A DNA stretch of 64,000 nucleotides from Gammaproteobacteria bacterium (lineage in GTDB: Bacteria; Pseudomonadota; Gammaproteobacteria; Acidiferrobacterales; SZUA-150). Both the position numbers and the translations under genes were made by a program. Position 1 is the stretch's first letter. Each line of letters starts with the position of its first letter. The stretch lies in contig JAOUOD010000007.1 in the NCBI GenBank assembly GCA_029880545.1, positions 134,354-198,353 on the forward strand, in the 5' to 3' direction. Positions 26,526 through 36,373 of this stretch are shown here, piece by piece. The notes beneath the pieces are model-generated. The model was given only the letters and a program-made list of their open reading frames with translations, was not told where the DNA came from and searched no databases.

Positions 26526-26723
26526 TTATTTGCCGCCCTTGGCTTCTGCAACACATTCCTTGATGAACGCGTCGCGCTCACCAGCATCAGTAATACCAGC
26601 ATCCTGCGCTTCTTTTGCGCAGTTTTCTTTTACTTCCTGATCAGCGTCTTCAGCCCAGGCTGGTGTTGCCAGCATGCCGGCGATCAGAGCAATCATACCC
26701 ATTTTTACAACAGAATTTGCCAT
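26526..26723 (-). CDS. small secreted protein (PsiF-like repeat?)
   Basis: The start at 26723 is preceded by GGAGG plus a 6-nt spacer. The signal peptide is MGMIALIAGMLATPAWA. Two Cys bracket a ...GITDAGERDAFIKEC... unit that resembles PsiF repeats. Confidence 0.6.
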   Translation of the reverse strand: MANSVVKMGMIALIAGMLATPAWAEDADQEVKENCAKEAQDAGITDAGERDAFIKECVAEAKGGK

Positions 26724-26842
26724 GGTTGGCCTCCCATAAGAGTCAATAGTGCGGGTTGCATAAAGGCCAGCCGACAGCGACACGCCCGTGTGCCTTCAGC
26801 GCTTGTATAGGGAAAAAAACCGGATGCGTACAGTGAAATTTT

Positions 26843-27754
26843 GTGATTACATCAATCGGTTTTTTCGATCAATCGAGGGCGCCAGGCTTGGATATAGAGG
26901 TTCTGAAAACGTTTCTGGAAGTAAAACGTACCCGGCATTTTGGCCGCGCCGCAGAGAATCTTTTTGTCAGCCAGTCAACCGTCAGCGCCCGCATCAGCCT
27001 GCTTGAACAGCTCGTCGGCAGCCCACTGTTTCTGCGAGTGCGAAACGACTTGCAGTTAACCCCGGCCGGTCGGCACCTGGTACCGTTTGCCGAAAGTATT
27101 TCTGCCACCTGGAGACGCGCGCGACAGGAAGTCGCAATCGGTGATCAGTTTGAACAGCTGCTGGTTGTCGGTGGCATGCCCAGCATGTGGGATATCGTGC
27201 TCAACCGGTGGCTGACCGGCCTGTTCGACCGGTTCCCGGAGCTGGCGGTAATCGGCGAGGTGAAACAAAGCTCGGAGTTGATGTCGGCATTGTTTGAGCG
27301 CGCCGTTGATATTGCCTTTATGTTTGAAGCGCCGCGACCGAGGGGCATTGTTGCGGTCGAGCTGGCGGCAACACCCCTGGTGCTGGTGTCGTCACGTCCG
27401 AACCAGGCCATGCAGCAGGCGGTGGCGCAGGATTATGTATACGTAGACTGGGGCGGCATGTTCGCGCGTCGCCACGCGGAACTGTTTCCGGAGATCCCCA
27501 GCCCGCGTTTGCGAATGGAGCAGGGCAGGTTGGCGCGAGATTTTGTTCTGCAGCGTGGCGGCAGTTGTTACCTGGCGCGCCCCATGGTGGAACAGGACCT
27601 GCTGGAAGGCCGCCTTTTCGAGGTGGAGGCGCCGGTAATTACGCGAAGCGCCTCGGCGCTGTTTCATGAAACCAGCGACAAACGTGACTTGATCATGCGG
27701 GCGCTATCCATGCTGCCTGTCGAAGACAGGCAGGCAGTTGGCAGTCCGGCCTGA
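26843..27754 (+). CDS. LysR family transcriptional regulator
   Basis: LDIEVLKTFLEVKRTRHFGRAAENLFVSQSTVSARISLLE is a canonical LysR HTH. The start is uncertain (GTG at 26843 or TTG at 26888). Confidence 0.85.
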   Translation: MITSIGFFDQSRAPGLDIEVLKTFLEVKRTRHFGRAAENLFVSQSTVSARISLLEQLVGSPLFLRVRNDLQLTPAGRHLVPFAESISATWRRARQEVAIGDQFEQLLVVGGMPSMWDIVLNRWLTGLFDRFPELAVIGEVKQSSELMSALFERAVDIAFMFEAPRPRGIVAVELAATPLVLVSSRPNQAMQQAVAQDYVYVDWGGMFARRHAELFPEIPSPRLRMEQGRLARDFVLQRGGSCYLARPMVEQDLLEGRLFEVEAPVITRSASALFHETSDKRDLIMRALSMLPVEDRQAVGSPA

Positions 27755-27770
27755 TCCCGGGCTGCTGGAG

Positions 27771-28004
27771 CTACAGTCCTATCAGTTCAGCGTGAAGCCC
27801 CTTGTTTTCGGCAATTCGGACAAACCGGGATGAATTAATCTTGTCCGGATCATACGCAATGGTCATGAGATGAGGTGTCTTCTCATCATAATCCGCAGCC
27901 ATTACGCCAACGTTGTGCAACAGGTCATCACGCAAGCTTTCGCGATCAGCGTGATTGGTGTTCTCATCAATATGCAGTGTGATATCAACCATTTTGTCGC
28001 TCAT
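27771..28004 (-). CDS. hypothetical small protein
   Basis: 77 aa, acidic, with no TM segment. It is convergent with the LysR gene. No motif was recognised. Confidence 0.5.
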   Translation of the reverse strand: MSDKMVDITLHIDENTNHADRESLRDDLLHNVGVMAADYDEKTPHLMTIAYDPDKINSSRFVRIAENKGLHAELIGL

Positions 28005-28193
28005 GGTTCAGCCCTCCGTCACCAATACACTCGGGAAATACTGCACCCCGTATCAGGCCACAAGCCGCCGTGCATTGCCTTGACAGCCATCAAGGAAGCC
28101 ATGCTGACATGATTACCTTGCCAGGTCATATTCCGGGCTCTGATTCGCTGAATTTTGCTGATACCATGCAAGCGTTTTCTGACCGAGGGCGGG

Positions 28194-28952
28194 ATGTTGG
28201 ACGTGTTGTCATTTGAAGTATTGGCATTGTTGTGTCTCGTCGCCGGACTGGCCGGGTTTGTTGATGCCATCGCCGGCGGCGGCGGCTTGCTTACCATACC
28301 TGCCCTGATCTGGGCCGGGTTGCCACCGGTCCAGGCTTTGGCCACCAACAAGCTGCAGGGAACCTTTGGTACCCTGTCATCGAGCATTACTTTTTTCCGG
28401 ATGGGTCGGATACAGTTACGGGAGATCAGCCTGGCGGTAGTGTTGACCTTTATTGGTTCGGCAACCGGAACCGTTCTGGTGCAGTACCTGCCCGCCGGCT
28501 TCCTGGTCAACATGATTCCCTGGTTGCTGGTACTGGTGGCGATCTATACGGTGTTTTCACCGCGCATGGGAGACGAGGACAGGCATCAACGAATAGGTCG
28601 CGCCAGTTTTGCTTTCGTGGTTGGTTTTAGTGTGGGCTTTTATGATGGATTTTTTGGGCCGGGAACCGGTTCATTTTTTGGCATCGCCTTTGTAGCGCTG
28701 CTGGGTTATAACCTGACCCGGGCAACGGCGCATGCCAAGGTACTTAATCTCACCAGTAACGCGGCATCGTTGTTGTTTTTTGCGCTTGGCGGAAAAGTGT
28801 TGTGGTCTGTTGGACTGGTGATGGGTGCGGGGCAAATGCTGGGTGCATGGCTGGGTTCACATATGGTGATTCGCAACGGCAGTCGTATTGTCAGGCCGAT
28901 CCTGTTCATAGTCAGTGTTGCCATGGCGATCAAGGTCTATGTCAGCAGTTGA
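28194..28952 (+). CDS. TauE/SafE (TSUP) family anion exporter
   Basis: Track ORF 28155..28952. The likely start is the ATG at 28194. The motif is GFVDAIAGGGGLLTIPALIWAGLPPVQALATNKLQG. Confidence 0.85.
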   Translation: MLDVLSFEVLALLCLVAGLAGFVDAIAGGGGLLTIPALIWAGLPPVQALATNKLQGTFGTLSSSITFFRMGRIQLREISLAVVLTFIGSATGTVLVQYLPAGFLVNMIPWLLVLVAIYTVFSPRMGDEDRHQRIGRASFAFVVGFSVGFYDGFFGPGTGSFFGIAFVALLGYNLTRATAHAKVLNLTSNAASLLFFALGGKVLWSVGLVMGAGQMLGAWLGSHMVIRNGSRIVRPILFIVSVAMAIKVYVSS

Positions 28953-29292
28953 TCAGCCGGTGCTGTTGCCCGGATCGCTGGCCGCCCGTGACAGTGACCG
29001 TTTTGCCGAGATATTGAAGGCCGAGTTACTCGAGCTCGAACCGGGAACGCTGCCTTTGCATCAATGCCTGGTGCACGGCAATCAGGTTGACGAATCGGAT
29101 ATTGCGATTTCAATATTGAAAACAACGCGCGAACCGGGTTCCCTGGCTGCCCGTATTGGCGTCATGTTTTCCGAAATTGACGCTGGCGGAAGTTGCGGAT
29201 TTGAACCCGCAGCCGGCAATGCATATTGCGAAATCCGGGTGATCATTGAACTGGATACGGCACGAGCGACATTTGCGGTCGTGCAGGATTGA
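28939..29292 (+). CDS. hypothetical protein
   Basis: The likely start is the ATG at 28939, overlapping the TauE gene end by 14 nt. 117 aa. No motif was recognised. Confidence 0.5.
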   Translation: MSAVDQPVLLPGSLAARDSDRFAEILKAELLELEPGTLPLHQCLVHGNQVDESDIAISILKTTREPGSLAARIGVMFSEIDAGGSCGFEPAAGNAYCEIRVIIELDTARATFAVVQD

Positions 29293-29318
29293 CCTGGCAA
29301 CGATGCAATGGAGATGTT

Positions 29319-29969
29319 ATGGCCTACACATTAATTATCGGAAACAAGAACTATTCATCGTGGTCGTTGCGTCCGTGGTTCTGGATGAAGCAGGCGGGTA
29401 TCGAATTCACGGAAAAGCGACTGGCGTTATTTACCGATGATTACCGGCAGCAGATCGTCCCGTATTTTTCCAATTACAAGGTCCCGGTTCTGCGGCATGA
29501 TGCGTTGAATGTCTGGGACACTATTGCCATTATGGAATACCTGGCCGAACTCCATCCGGAGGCGCCTGGCTGGCCGATCGATGCAGCAGCACGTGCGACG
29601 GCGCGTTCGGCCAGCGCCGAGATGCATTCCGGTTTTTCCGCGCTGCGCGCTGCTTTGCCCATGAACTGTCGGAAGCACTTTCCCGGCTACCCGATAACGA
29701 ACAGTGTTCAACGGGATATAGATCGAATTACCGCGTTGTGGGAGCACTGCAAACAAAACCATGGTACTGATGGAGACTGGTTGTTTGGCAGGTTCAGCAT
29801 AGCTGACGCCATGTACGCACCCGTGGTATTGCGACTGGCCGGATATGATGTCAGCCTGGCCGGTTTTGCCGCGGACTACGTCCGGCTTGTTTTGGGTAAT
29901 GAACACATCAAGAACTGGATTGATGCGGGCAAACAGGAAACCGAGATCATTCCTGAAGATGAAGTCTGA
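29319..29969 (+). CDS. glutathione S-transferase family protein
   Basis: The ATG at 29319 follows GGAG. MAYTLIIGNKNYSSWSLRPW plus VPVLRHD fit a GST N-terminal thioredoxin-like fold. Confidence 0.75.
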   Translation: MAYTLIIGNKNYSSWSLRPWFWMKQAGIEFTEKRLALFTDDYRQQIVPYFSNYKVPVLRHDALNVWDTIAIMEYLAELHPEAPGWPIDAAARATARSASAEMHSGFSALRAALPMNCRKHFPGYPITNSVQRDIDRITALWEHCKQNHGTDGDWLFGRFSIADAMYAPVVLRLAGYDVSLAGFAADYVRLVLGNEHIKNWIDAGKQETEIIPEDEV

Positions 29970-30066
29970 ACCCTGGGCAAAAAAATAGCCGAAGTACTTG
30001 TCTTCGGCTTCGCACAAACAGTGCGTGGGTGTATGTCACGCGTCTATTGTGCACCAACGAGGGTGT

Positions 30067-30579
30067 CTAGTGCTTCACTGTAACAGCATGGTTCATTGCG
30101 CGGCTTTCCGGTTTTTGTCCGCGCCCGTCGGATTCCTTCATAATGCTCGACTGGAAAATGGCCCGGTGAACGTCGCCCATACTGAGTATGCCGACCAGTT
30201 CACCGTTTTCATTGATAACCGGTATCCGGCGTATGCGGTTCACGCACATTACCGAGACGGCTTTTAATACCGGGTCAGAGTCACGTACCGTAATCACCGG
30301 CCTTGTCATGATATCGGAAACCCGCAGGGTGATGATGTCGTTGTATTCGGTTTCCAGGGTTTCAAAATCGATTCGACCGCGATCCATGACTTCATTTATA
30401 TCCGGGTACATCGCATGCAATATGTCTTTTTCGGATATCACGCCGGTGACCAGGTTGTTCTCGTCAACGACCGGGAGACCACTGATCCGGTCGAAGCACA
30501 TGGTGATAGCCACATCCCTTACCGGCGCTGCGGGCCGGGCAGATCGCACTGCTGTTGTCATAATGGTTTTTACCAGCAT
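30067..30579 (-). CDS. CBS domain pair protein
   Basis: 170 aa. Two CBS units are visible (ISGLPVVDENNLVTGVISEKDIL and IRRIPVINENGELVGILSMGDV). Confidence 0.85.
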   Translation of the reverse strand: MLVKTIMTTAVRSARPAAPVRDVAITMCFDRISGLPVVDENNLVTGVISEKDILHAMYPDINEVMDRGRIDFETLETEYNDIITLRVSDIMTRPVITVRDSDPVLKAVSVMCVNRIRRIPVINENGELVGILSMGDVHRAIFQSSIMKESDGRGQKPESRAMNHAVTVKH

Positions 30580-30651
30580 GATTCAGTCCCCCCTGGAGAA
30601 CGGTAGCGTTTGACTGGTTACGTCACAGTAGGAATAACGTTACTCTACCTC

Positions 30652-30670
30652 GACAATGAGAATAAGTATC
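30652..30670. promoter_or_regulatory. Fur-box-like site
   Basis: GACAATGAGAATAAGTATC matches the 19-bp Fur consensus GATAATGATAATCATTATC at 15 of 19 positions. It lies in an AT-rich divergent region with several AATATT palindromes. Confidence 0.4.
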
Positions 30671-30917
30671 ATTAATATTGTTTATACGGCGAATATCCGG
30701 GCAAATATTAAGTATAGGTAATATTTTAATATTGCCATCGTGCTGCAATAGCAGGGTATTTTCGTATGTCTGAAGTATGGGTCAGGGTTATTTTCTCGAT
30801 ATAGATGTTTTAAACATGGTTAGAACAATGCGGCAGTTGCATATTTTTCCAGCCAGGTTTGGTATCGGTATTGCCACCGGGAAAGATGCCTCAGGCATTG
30901 CGGAAAAGGAGGATCAA

Positions 30918-31247
30918 TTGACCTATGATGAAGGATTGGCGCAGAGGGTTCGTGAATACCTCGATGGCGATGTGAACGTTTATGAAAGAAGAATGTTCGG
31001 TGGAATTGTTTTCATGGTAAACGGGAACATGGCCGTCGGCATCGCAGGCTCTGACCTGATGGTACGGGTAGGACCCAAATACTATGGCCATGCCTTGAAG
31101 CAGGCGCATGTTCGGGAAATGGACTTTACCGGTAAACCCATGAAAGGGTTTGTCTTTGTCAGCTGGCAAGCCATTGAATCTGACGACAGACTGCAATACT
31201 GGGTAGATCAAGGTTACCGCTTTGCCGGTTCGTTAGAGCCGAAATAG
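30918..31247 (+). CDS. TfoX/Sxy N-terminal domain protein
   Basis: Track ORF 30777..31247. The preferred start is the TTG at 30918, 5 nt after AAGGAGG. The motif is YDEGLAQRVREYL...RRMFGGIVFMVNGNMAVGI. Confidence 0.7.
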   Translation: MTYDEGLAQRVREYLDGDVNVYERRMFGGIVFMVNGNMAVGIAGSDLMVRVGPKYYGHALKQAHVREMDFTGKPMKGFVFVSWQAIESDDRLQYWVDQGYRFAGSLEPK

Positions 31248-31423
31248 CCATTCCCGCCAGCCTGGTCTTCCGAAATATCCGCTGCGACAATATGTCGCGC
31301 GACATCGTGTCACATTTTCTCCACATCTTCAGGTCAATAGAATATCCCTGAAATAGCGACAGATTTCACGCAGTCACGCAAGCGAGGTATGCGCTGTCCT
31401 GTCGCCATTCCAGAGAGGGGAAA

Positions 31424-33502
31424 ATGAATACCAATAATTACATGACCCTGTTTTCCGCAGCACTGATTGCGCTGGCTTCGCAATCATCAATGGCAGCGGA
31501 AGCGGTCAGGCTTGATGAAGTAACGGTTACCGGTGAACGGGAAGGAAAGGCGCGTGCTCAGGAGGCGCTAACAGTCAACGGTGTCGATGGTGAAACCATA
31601 CGCGAGGTTTTGCCAACTCATCCTTCAGATATCATGAACCGGGTAGCGGGCGTACTGGTCAATATCACCCAGGGCGAGGGTCACATGGCAGCAATACGTC
31701 AACCGCTATCCACCAGCCCGGTTTATCTCTATCTTGAGGACGGCATTCCTGCCCGTTCCACCGGATTTTTCAATCATAATGCCCTGTATGAAACCAATAT
31801 GCCGCAATCCGATGGTGTTGAGGTATTAAAGGGCCCGGGTACAGCGTTGTACGGGTCCGATGCATTGGGCGGCATTGTAAATGTGTTGACCAGGCCAGCT
31901 CCCGAGACTGCCGAGGCCGGTCTGATCATCGAAGGCGGCAGTTCTGGCTACAGTCGCGTCCTGGTTAACGGCGGTAACGGCGATGGCAGCAACGGCTACC
32001 GGGTCAATGCACACGTGGCATCCATAGATGGCTGGCGTGACAATACCGAATATGATCGCGGCAGTGTCAGTATGCGTATGGACAATACACTCGAGGGTGG
32101 GGATACGGTAAAGACCATCCTGGGCTACTCGAAAATTGACCAGCAGACTGCCGGTGCATCAGCGTTATCATTGACCGACTACAAAACCGATCCGACCATC
32201 AACTACACACCCATTTCCTATCGCAATGTAACCGCGTTGCGGTTGTCGACAAGCTGGGATCGGGAAGGTGCTGGAACCCTGACCAGCATTACTCCATACC
32301 TGCGTCATAACGTGATGGATATCCTGCCCAACTGGTCGCTGTCCTACGATCCTGCTGTCTATACGACGTTTAATGATTCGCTGGGATTGTTGGTGAAACA
32401 CCGCGTCTATTTGCCCGACAAGGTGCGCTATATAATAGGTACAGATATTGATTACAGCCCGGGTGGTCGTGAGGAAACAGCCATTAGCCCGGTACGGGTT
32501 GGCAGTGTCTATGAGTCCTATGCGGAGGGGGCGTTGCTGTATGACTACAAAGTCAGCTTCGCGTCAGTTTCGCCTTATGTTCATGGCGAGATGATGCTTG
32601 GGCAGAACGGGTTGCTCAGCGCAGGGTTGCGTTATGACATGATGCAATATGAATACGATTCGGAACTGGCGCCGTTGGCTACGGGTAACCATCAGAGACC
32701 CGATGACACCACGGTGAAGTACCGTCATGCCAGCCCCAAGCTTGGCTACCTGTTTTCCATCAGCCCGAACCAGGAGCTGTTTGCCAGTTACCGCCACGGT
32801 TACCGTGCGCCATCTGAAGCGCAGCTGTTCCGGCAGGGATCCGCTGCCAACACGGTGGAACTGGAACCGGTGAAGCTGGACAGCTATGAGCTGGGATGGC
32901 GCTGGCGTCCGGGCAAGAAGGCGTCAACCGAATTGTCCTTGTACTCCATGACCAAGACCGATGACATTCTTGTCTTTAACAACCCGGTCTCCGGATTGAC
33001 CGAAGTGGTAAATGCCGGCGAGACCTCGCACAAGGGTGCGGAGCTGACCGTAGTCCTGCCTGTAACAGAACAGGTTCAACTGGATACGGCCTGGTCCTAC
33101 GCCGTACATACTTATGAAGACTGGGTGGTGCGGGCCGGTGCCGGAAATATTGATTACAGTGGCAACATTATGTCATCCGCCCCGAGAGTGATTGGTAATA
33201 CAACACTGCGATATGGTCGGCGGGGACAGTTTAATGCCGAACTGCAATGGACTCATCTCGGCGAGTACTGGATGGATGATGCCAATACGCACAAGTATAA
33301 CGGCCACGGTCTGCTGGGCATGATCATAAATATTCCACTGGCTGATCACTGGAGGTTCCGGTTGCGTGGCTATAACCTGGCAGATCGCCTGTATTCCGAA
33401 CGGGCCAGCTATACCGCGTTCCGTGGCGAGGAGTTTGCTCCCGGCGCCCCCCGTTTGATCCATGCCAGCATAGCCTGGCAGTGGCAGGGGGCTAGCCCAT
33501 GA
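31424..33502 (+). CDS. TonB-dependent receptor
   Basis: 692 aa with a signal peptide. It has a TonB-box-like VRLDEVTVTG, the plug motif GVEVLKGPGTALYGSDALGGIVNVLT, and a beta-barrel-type C-terminal region. Confidence 0.9.
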   Translation: MNTNNYMTLFSAALIALASQSSMAAEAVRLDEVTVTGEREGKARAQEALTVNGVDGETIREVLPTHPSDIMNRVAGVLVNITQGEGHMAAIRQPLSTSPVYLYLEDGIPARSTGFFNHNALYETNMPQSDGVEVLKGPGTALYGSDALGGIVNVLTRPAPETAEAGLIIEGGSSGYSRVLVNGGNGDGSNGYRVNAHVASIDGWRDNTEYDRGSVSMRMDNTLEGGDTVKTILGYSKIDQQTAGASALSLTDYKTDPTINYTPISYRNVTALRLSTSWDREGAGTLTSITPYLRHNVMDILPNWSLSYDPAVYTTFNDSLGLLVKHRVYLPDKVRYIIGTDIDYSPGGREETAISPVRVGSVYESYAEGALLYDYKVSFASVSPYVHGEMMLGQNGLLSAGLRYDMMQYEYDSELAPLATGNHQRPDDTTVKYRHASPKLGYLFSISPNQELFASYRHGYRAPSEAQLFRQGSAANTVELEPVKLDSYELGWRWRPGKKASTELSLYSMTKTDDILVFNNPVSGLTEVVNAGETSHKGAELTVVLPVTEQVQLDTAWSYAVHTYEDWVVRAGAGNIDYSGNIMSSAPRVIGNTTLRYGRRGQFNAELQWTHLGEYWMDDANTHKYNGHGLLGMIINIPLADHWRFRLRGYNLADRLYSERASYTAFRGEEFAPGAPRLIHASIAWQWQGASP

Positions 33503-34731
33503 GACCAGCGCTAGGTGCATTGATGTTTTGCCTGTTGTTGATATTGGCAGCAGGTGCCATGGCTGCTTCACAACATGATAGCCATGGTCGCGATATGCAA
33601 AAACGTGAGCGAATCTGGCAGAAAGTGCTGTCTCGACCAACGCTGGCGGTCACGATTGAGGCGGACCGACACGGAAAATTGTGGCGCGCACGAGTCAGTG
33701 AAGGCCGCATTTTCGTCAGCCAGTCAGCCAATGACGGCAAACAGTTTGGCGCGGAAGTCATTGTTAATCCGGATGCCGAGGCCATAGCCGCCAACGGCGA
33801 AAACCGCCCAAAGCTGGCGTTTGGCAGCAACAGCCAGGTATACGTGTCATGGACGCGACTGGGTAATGCCCCATTCAGTGGCGATATCCGCTTCAGTCGT
33901 TCCGCAGACGGTGGCAAGTCCTTCAGCAGGCCGGTCACGATCAATACCGATCACCAGGCAACGAGTCACCGCTTTGAAAGCATGCTTGTAGACAGTAATG
34001 GCCGGATCTGGCTGTTCTGGCTCGACAAGCGTGATCGTGTAAAAGCACGGTCGCGTGGTGAATCCTATGTCGGCGCGGCTGTGTACTACACCTGGTCAGA
34101 TAACGGTGGTAATGATTTTGTCGACAACAGGAAATTGCAGGATCACTCATGTGAATGTTGTCGAATCGCGCTGGCGGTCACCCCGGATGCAGAGCCGGTG
34201 GTATTGTGGCGACACATTTTTGATGGCGGCATACGTGACCACGCGATCCAGTTTGTTGGCGGGGAGCCCCTTATGCACCGGCTGTCCCGTGATAACTGGC
34301 AGGTGAACGCCTGTCCGCATCATGGCCCGTCGATAGCCGCGGACAACAACCGGGTGCACGCGGTGTGGTATACCGGTGCCACCGACAAGGCCGGGATTTA
34401 CTACGCCAGCGTGGAACGAAATGGTAACACGATCAATGTTTCTGCCCCGAGACAGGTAGGCAATACCCCGGCGCAAGCGGCGCATGCAGACATTGCGACT
34501 GCCAATGGTGCTGTTTATATAGTATGGAAAGAATTCCGGCTGGGCAGGAGTCATGCGCGTCTGCAGACATTCAGTGACAATCGCTGGTCAGCCGTGGAAA
34601 CACTTGCCCATACCGGTGGCGCATCGGATTACCCGATGTTGACAGTTGTTGGCAGCAGGGTTTTGCTGACCTGGCAAACACAGCAGGATGGCCTGCTAGT
34701 GATCCCTGTTGTTTCGGCTGCATCCCGGTAA
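33499..34731 (+). CDS. secreted BNR/Asp-box beta-propeller protein (sialidase-fold, function unknown)
   Basis: 410 aa with signal peptide ...AAGAMA. Asp-box-like motifs are SANDGKQF, SADGGKSF and SDNGGNDF. Cys/His clusters are HSCECCRIA and NACPHHGPS. Its start overlaps the receptor stop (ATGA). Confidence 0.7.
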   Translation: MRPALGALMFCLLLILAAGAMAASQHDSHGRDMQKRERIWQKVLSRPTLAVTIEADRHGKLWRARVSEGRIFVSQSANDGKQFGAEVIVNPDAEAIAANGENRPKLAFGSNSQVYVSWTRLGNAPFSGDIRFSRSADGGKSFSRPVTINTDHQATSHRFESMLVDSNGRIWLFWLDKRDRVKARSRGESYVGAAVYYTWSDNGGNDFVDNRKLQDHSCECCRIALAVTPDAEPVVLWRHIFDGGIRDHAIQFVGGEPLMHRLSRDNWQVNACPHHGPSIAADNNRVHAVWYTGATDKAGIYYASVERNGNTINVSAPRQVGNTPAQAAHADIATANGAVYIVWKEFRLGRSHARLQTFSDNRWSAVETLAHTGGASDYPMLTVVGSRVLLTWQTQQDGLLVIPVVSAASR

Positions 34732-35231
34732 TGTTGCACAGAAGTCTTGTCTTATTGCTGGTGGGTATGATGTGGTCGATGACCGCGTCAGCCGGTCCGC
34801 TGGAGTTTGTCTCCGGCACCATGCACAAGATTCGTGCGCACTATCACGGCAAGCCCTACGTGCTGGTCATATGGTCACTGGATTGCGCTTATTGTTTTGA
34901 CGAGCTGCGTGAACTGGGTGACATGTTGAAGCGGCAACCGGCTTTGCCGCTGGTGCTGTTATCTGTTGATGATATATCCCTGGGGAATAATGCTGCTGAA
35001 CTGCTGGCCAGGACAGGCCTGGCATCGTTGCCGGCCTATATGTTTGCCGATTCGTTTGTCGAGCGCCTGCGCTACGAAATCGATCCGTTATGGCACGGCG
35101 AGCTGCCGCGCAACTACCTGGTTTCTGCCAATGGCGAACGCACGGCTATCACCGGTCCACTAGGAGCTGACCGCCTGGTTCGCTGGTTGTCTGAACAGTC
35201 GGGTCATGAGAGGACTGCCTCGCCAAGGTAA
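34731..35231 (+). CDS. thioredoxin-fold (TlpA-like) protein
   Basis: 166 aa with a signal peptide. The CXXC is in YVLVIWSLDCAYCFDEL. Its start overlaps the upstream stop (TAATG). Confidence 0.65.
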   Translation: MLHRSLVLLLVGMMWSMTASAGPLEFVSGTMHKIRAHYHGKPYVLVIWSLDCAYCFDELRELGDMLKRQPALPLVLLSVDDISLGNNAAELLARTGLASLPAYMFADSFVERLRYEIDPLWHGELPRNYLVSANGERTAITGPLGADRLVRWLSEQSGHERTASPR

Positions 35232-35280
35232 TTCGCCAGCATCACTGCTATAATCAGGCATCCCTGTCTGGAGTGCTGCT

Positions 35281-35727
35281 GTGCAAATCTGGGTTGATGC
35301 TGACGCCTGCCCGAAAATTATCCGGGAGATACTGTTTCGTGCTGCCGAGCGCACGCAAACGCCGTTGACCCTGGTGGCCAACCAGCTAATCCCGACCCCG
35401 CCATCTCGCGTCATCCGGGCCTTGCAGGTACCGGCCGGTTTCGATGTTGCTGATAATGAAATAGTGAAGCGCGTCTGTGCCGATGACCTGGTAATAACCA
35501 GTGATATACCCCTGGCATCGGAGGTTATTGAAAAGGGCGCAGCTGCGCTCAGTCCTCGCGGCGAGCGCTTTACCCCGGAAAACATCAAGTCCCGCCTGTC
35601 CATGCGCGACTTCATGGACAGCTTTCGCGCCAGCGGCATCAATACCGGCGGACCGGCGGCCATGAGCCAGGCGGACCGACAGAATTTCGCCAATTATCTT
35701 GACAGCTGGCTGGCCAAGTCACGCTAG
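35281..35727 (+). CDS. yaiI: YaiI/YqxD family protein (UPF0178)
   Basis: 148 aa. [24 protein letters not shown]...[32 protein letters not shown] is near-colinear with my memory of E. coli YaiI. Confidence 0.9.
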   Translation: MQIWVDADACPKIIREILFRAAERTQTPLTLVANQLIPTPPSRVIRALQVPAGFDVADNEIVKRVCADDLVITSDIPLASEVIEKGAAALSPRGERFTPENIKSRLSMRDFMDSFRASGINTGGPAAMSQADRQNFANYLDSWLAKSR

Positions 35728-35766
35728 CAGGCAGGAAATTTTTCTGTCATGCCATATACTTGTCGT

Positions 35767-36267
35767 ATGTTGCGTACTGACCGCCGTTTGCCGGCAACAA
35801 TAACCGGTTTTACCCTGATTGAGCTGATGGTGGTTCTGCTGGTCATGGCCATTCTTGCGGCTATGGCGATACCGATCAATTTGCCGTTGACCGGCCGCAA
35901 GCAGATTCATCATGCCTTGCAGATCCCGGAAGCCTACAAGGGTGCCATATACGCGTTTTACCGCAAGCATGGCCGGTTTCCCGGGACCAACGAAGAGCTG
36001 GATATACCCGGGCCGGATCAGTTGATCAGCACCACGGTCACCAGCATGACCCTGGAAAACGGGGCCATGCATGTGCAACTGGGTAACTCGGTGCTGAATG
36101 ACCTGAAGGGAAAAATTATTACTATCCAGCCCTTGGTGGTGACCGGCAGTCCGCGCAGTCCCGTTGACTGGTCCTGCGCCTACATGGTGCCACCACCGGG
36201 TATGGAGAAGGTAGGAGAAAACCGGACTGACGTGGATCGACGTTTTGTGCCTTCCGGGTGTCGATAG
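35767..36267 (+). CDS. type IV pilin (PilA/PilE-like), orphan
   Basis: The leader plus class III signal is MLRTDRRLPATITG/FTLIELMVVLLVMAILAAMAIP. There is a C-terminal Cys pair (WSCAY...PSGC). Confidence 0.85.
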   Translation: MLRTDRRLPATITGFTLIELMVVLLVMAILAAMAIPINLPLTGRKQIHHALQIPEAYKGAIYAFYRKHGRFPGTNEELDIPGPDQLISTTVTSMTLENGAMHVQLGNSVLNDLKGKIITIQPLVVTGSPRSPVDWSCAYMVPPPGMEKVGENRTDVDRRFVPSGCR

Positions 36268-36373
36268 GCCATTGCCGTGAACCGGAAGAATTTGCGAGAT
36301 TGCCAGCTATTATATAGAACCTGACCGGGAGACAGGCGGTATGCATAACAAAAGGTTTGCGGGGAATTGCTTC

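Noticed and set aside
31250-31423. A possible cobalamin riboswitch upstream of the TonB-dependent receptor (GCCAGCCTGGTC vaguely like a B12 box).
   Set aside because: The resemblance covers only a few bases and sits right at the end of the upstream gene. The ~175-nt gap shows none of the other conserved riboswitch helices I can recognise.
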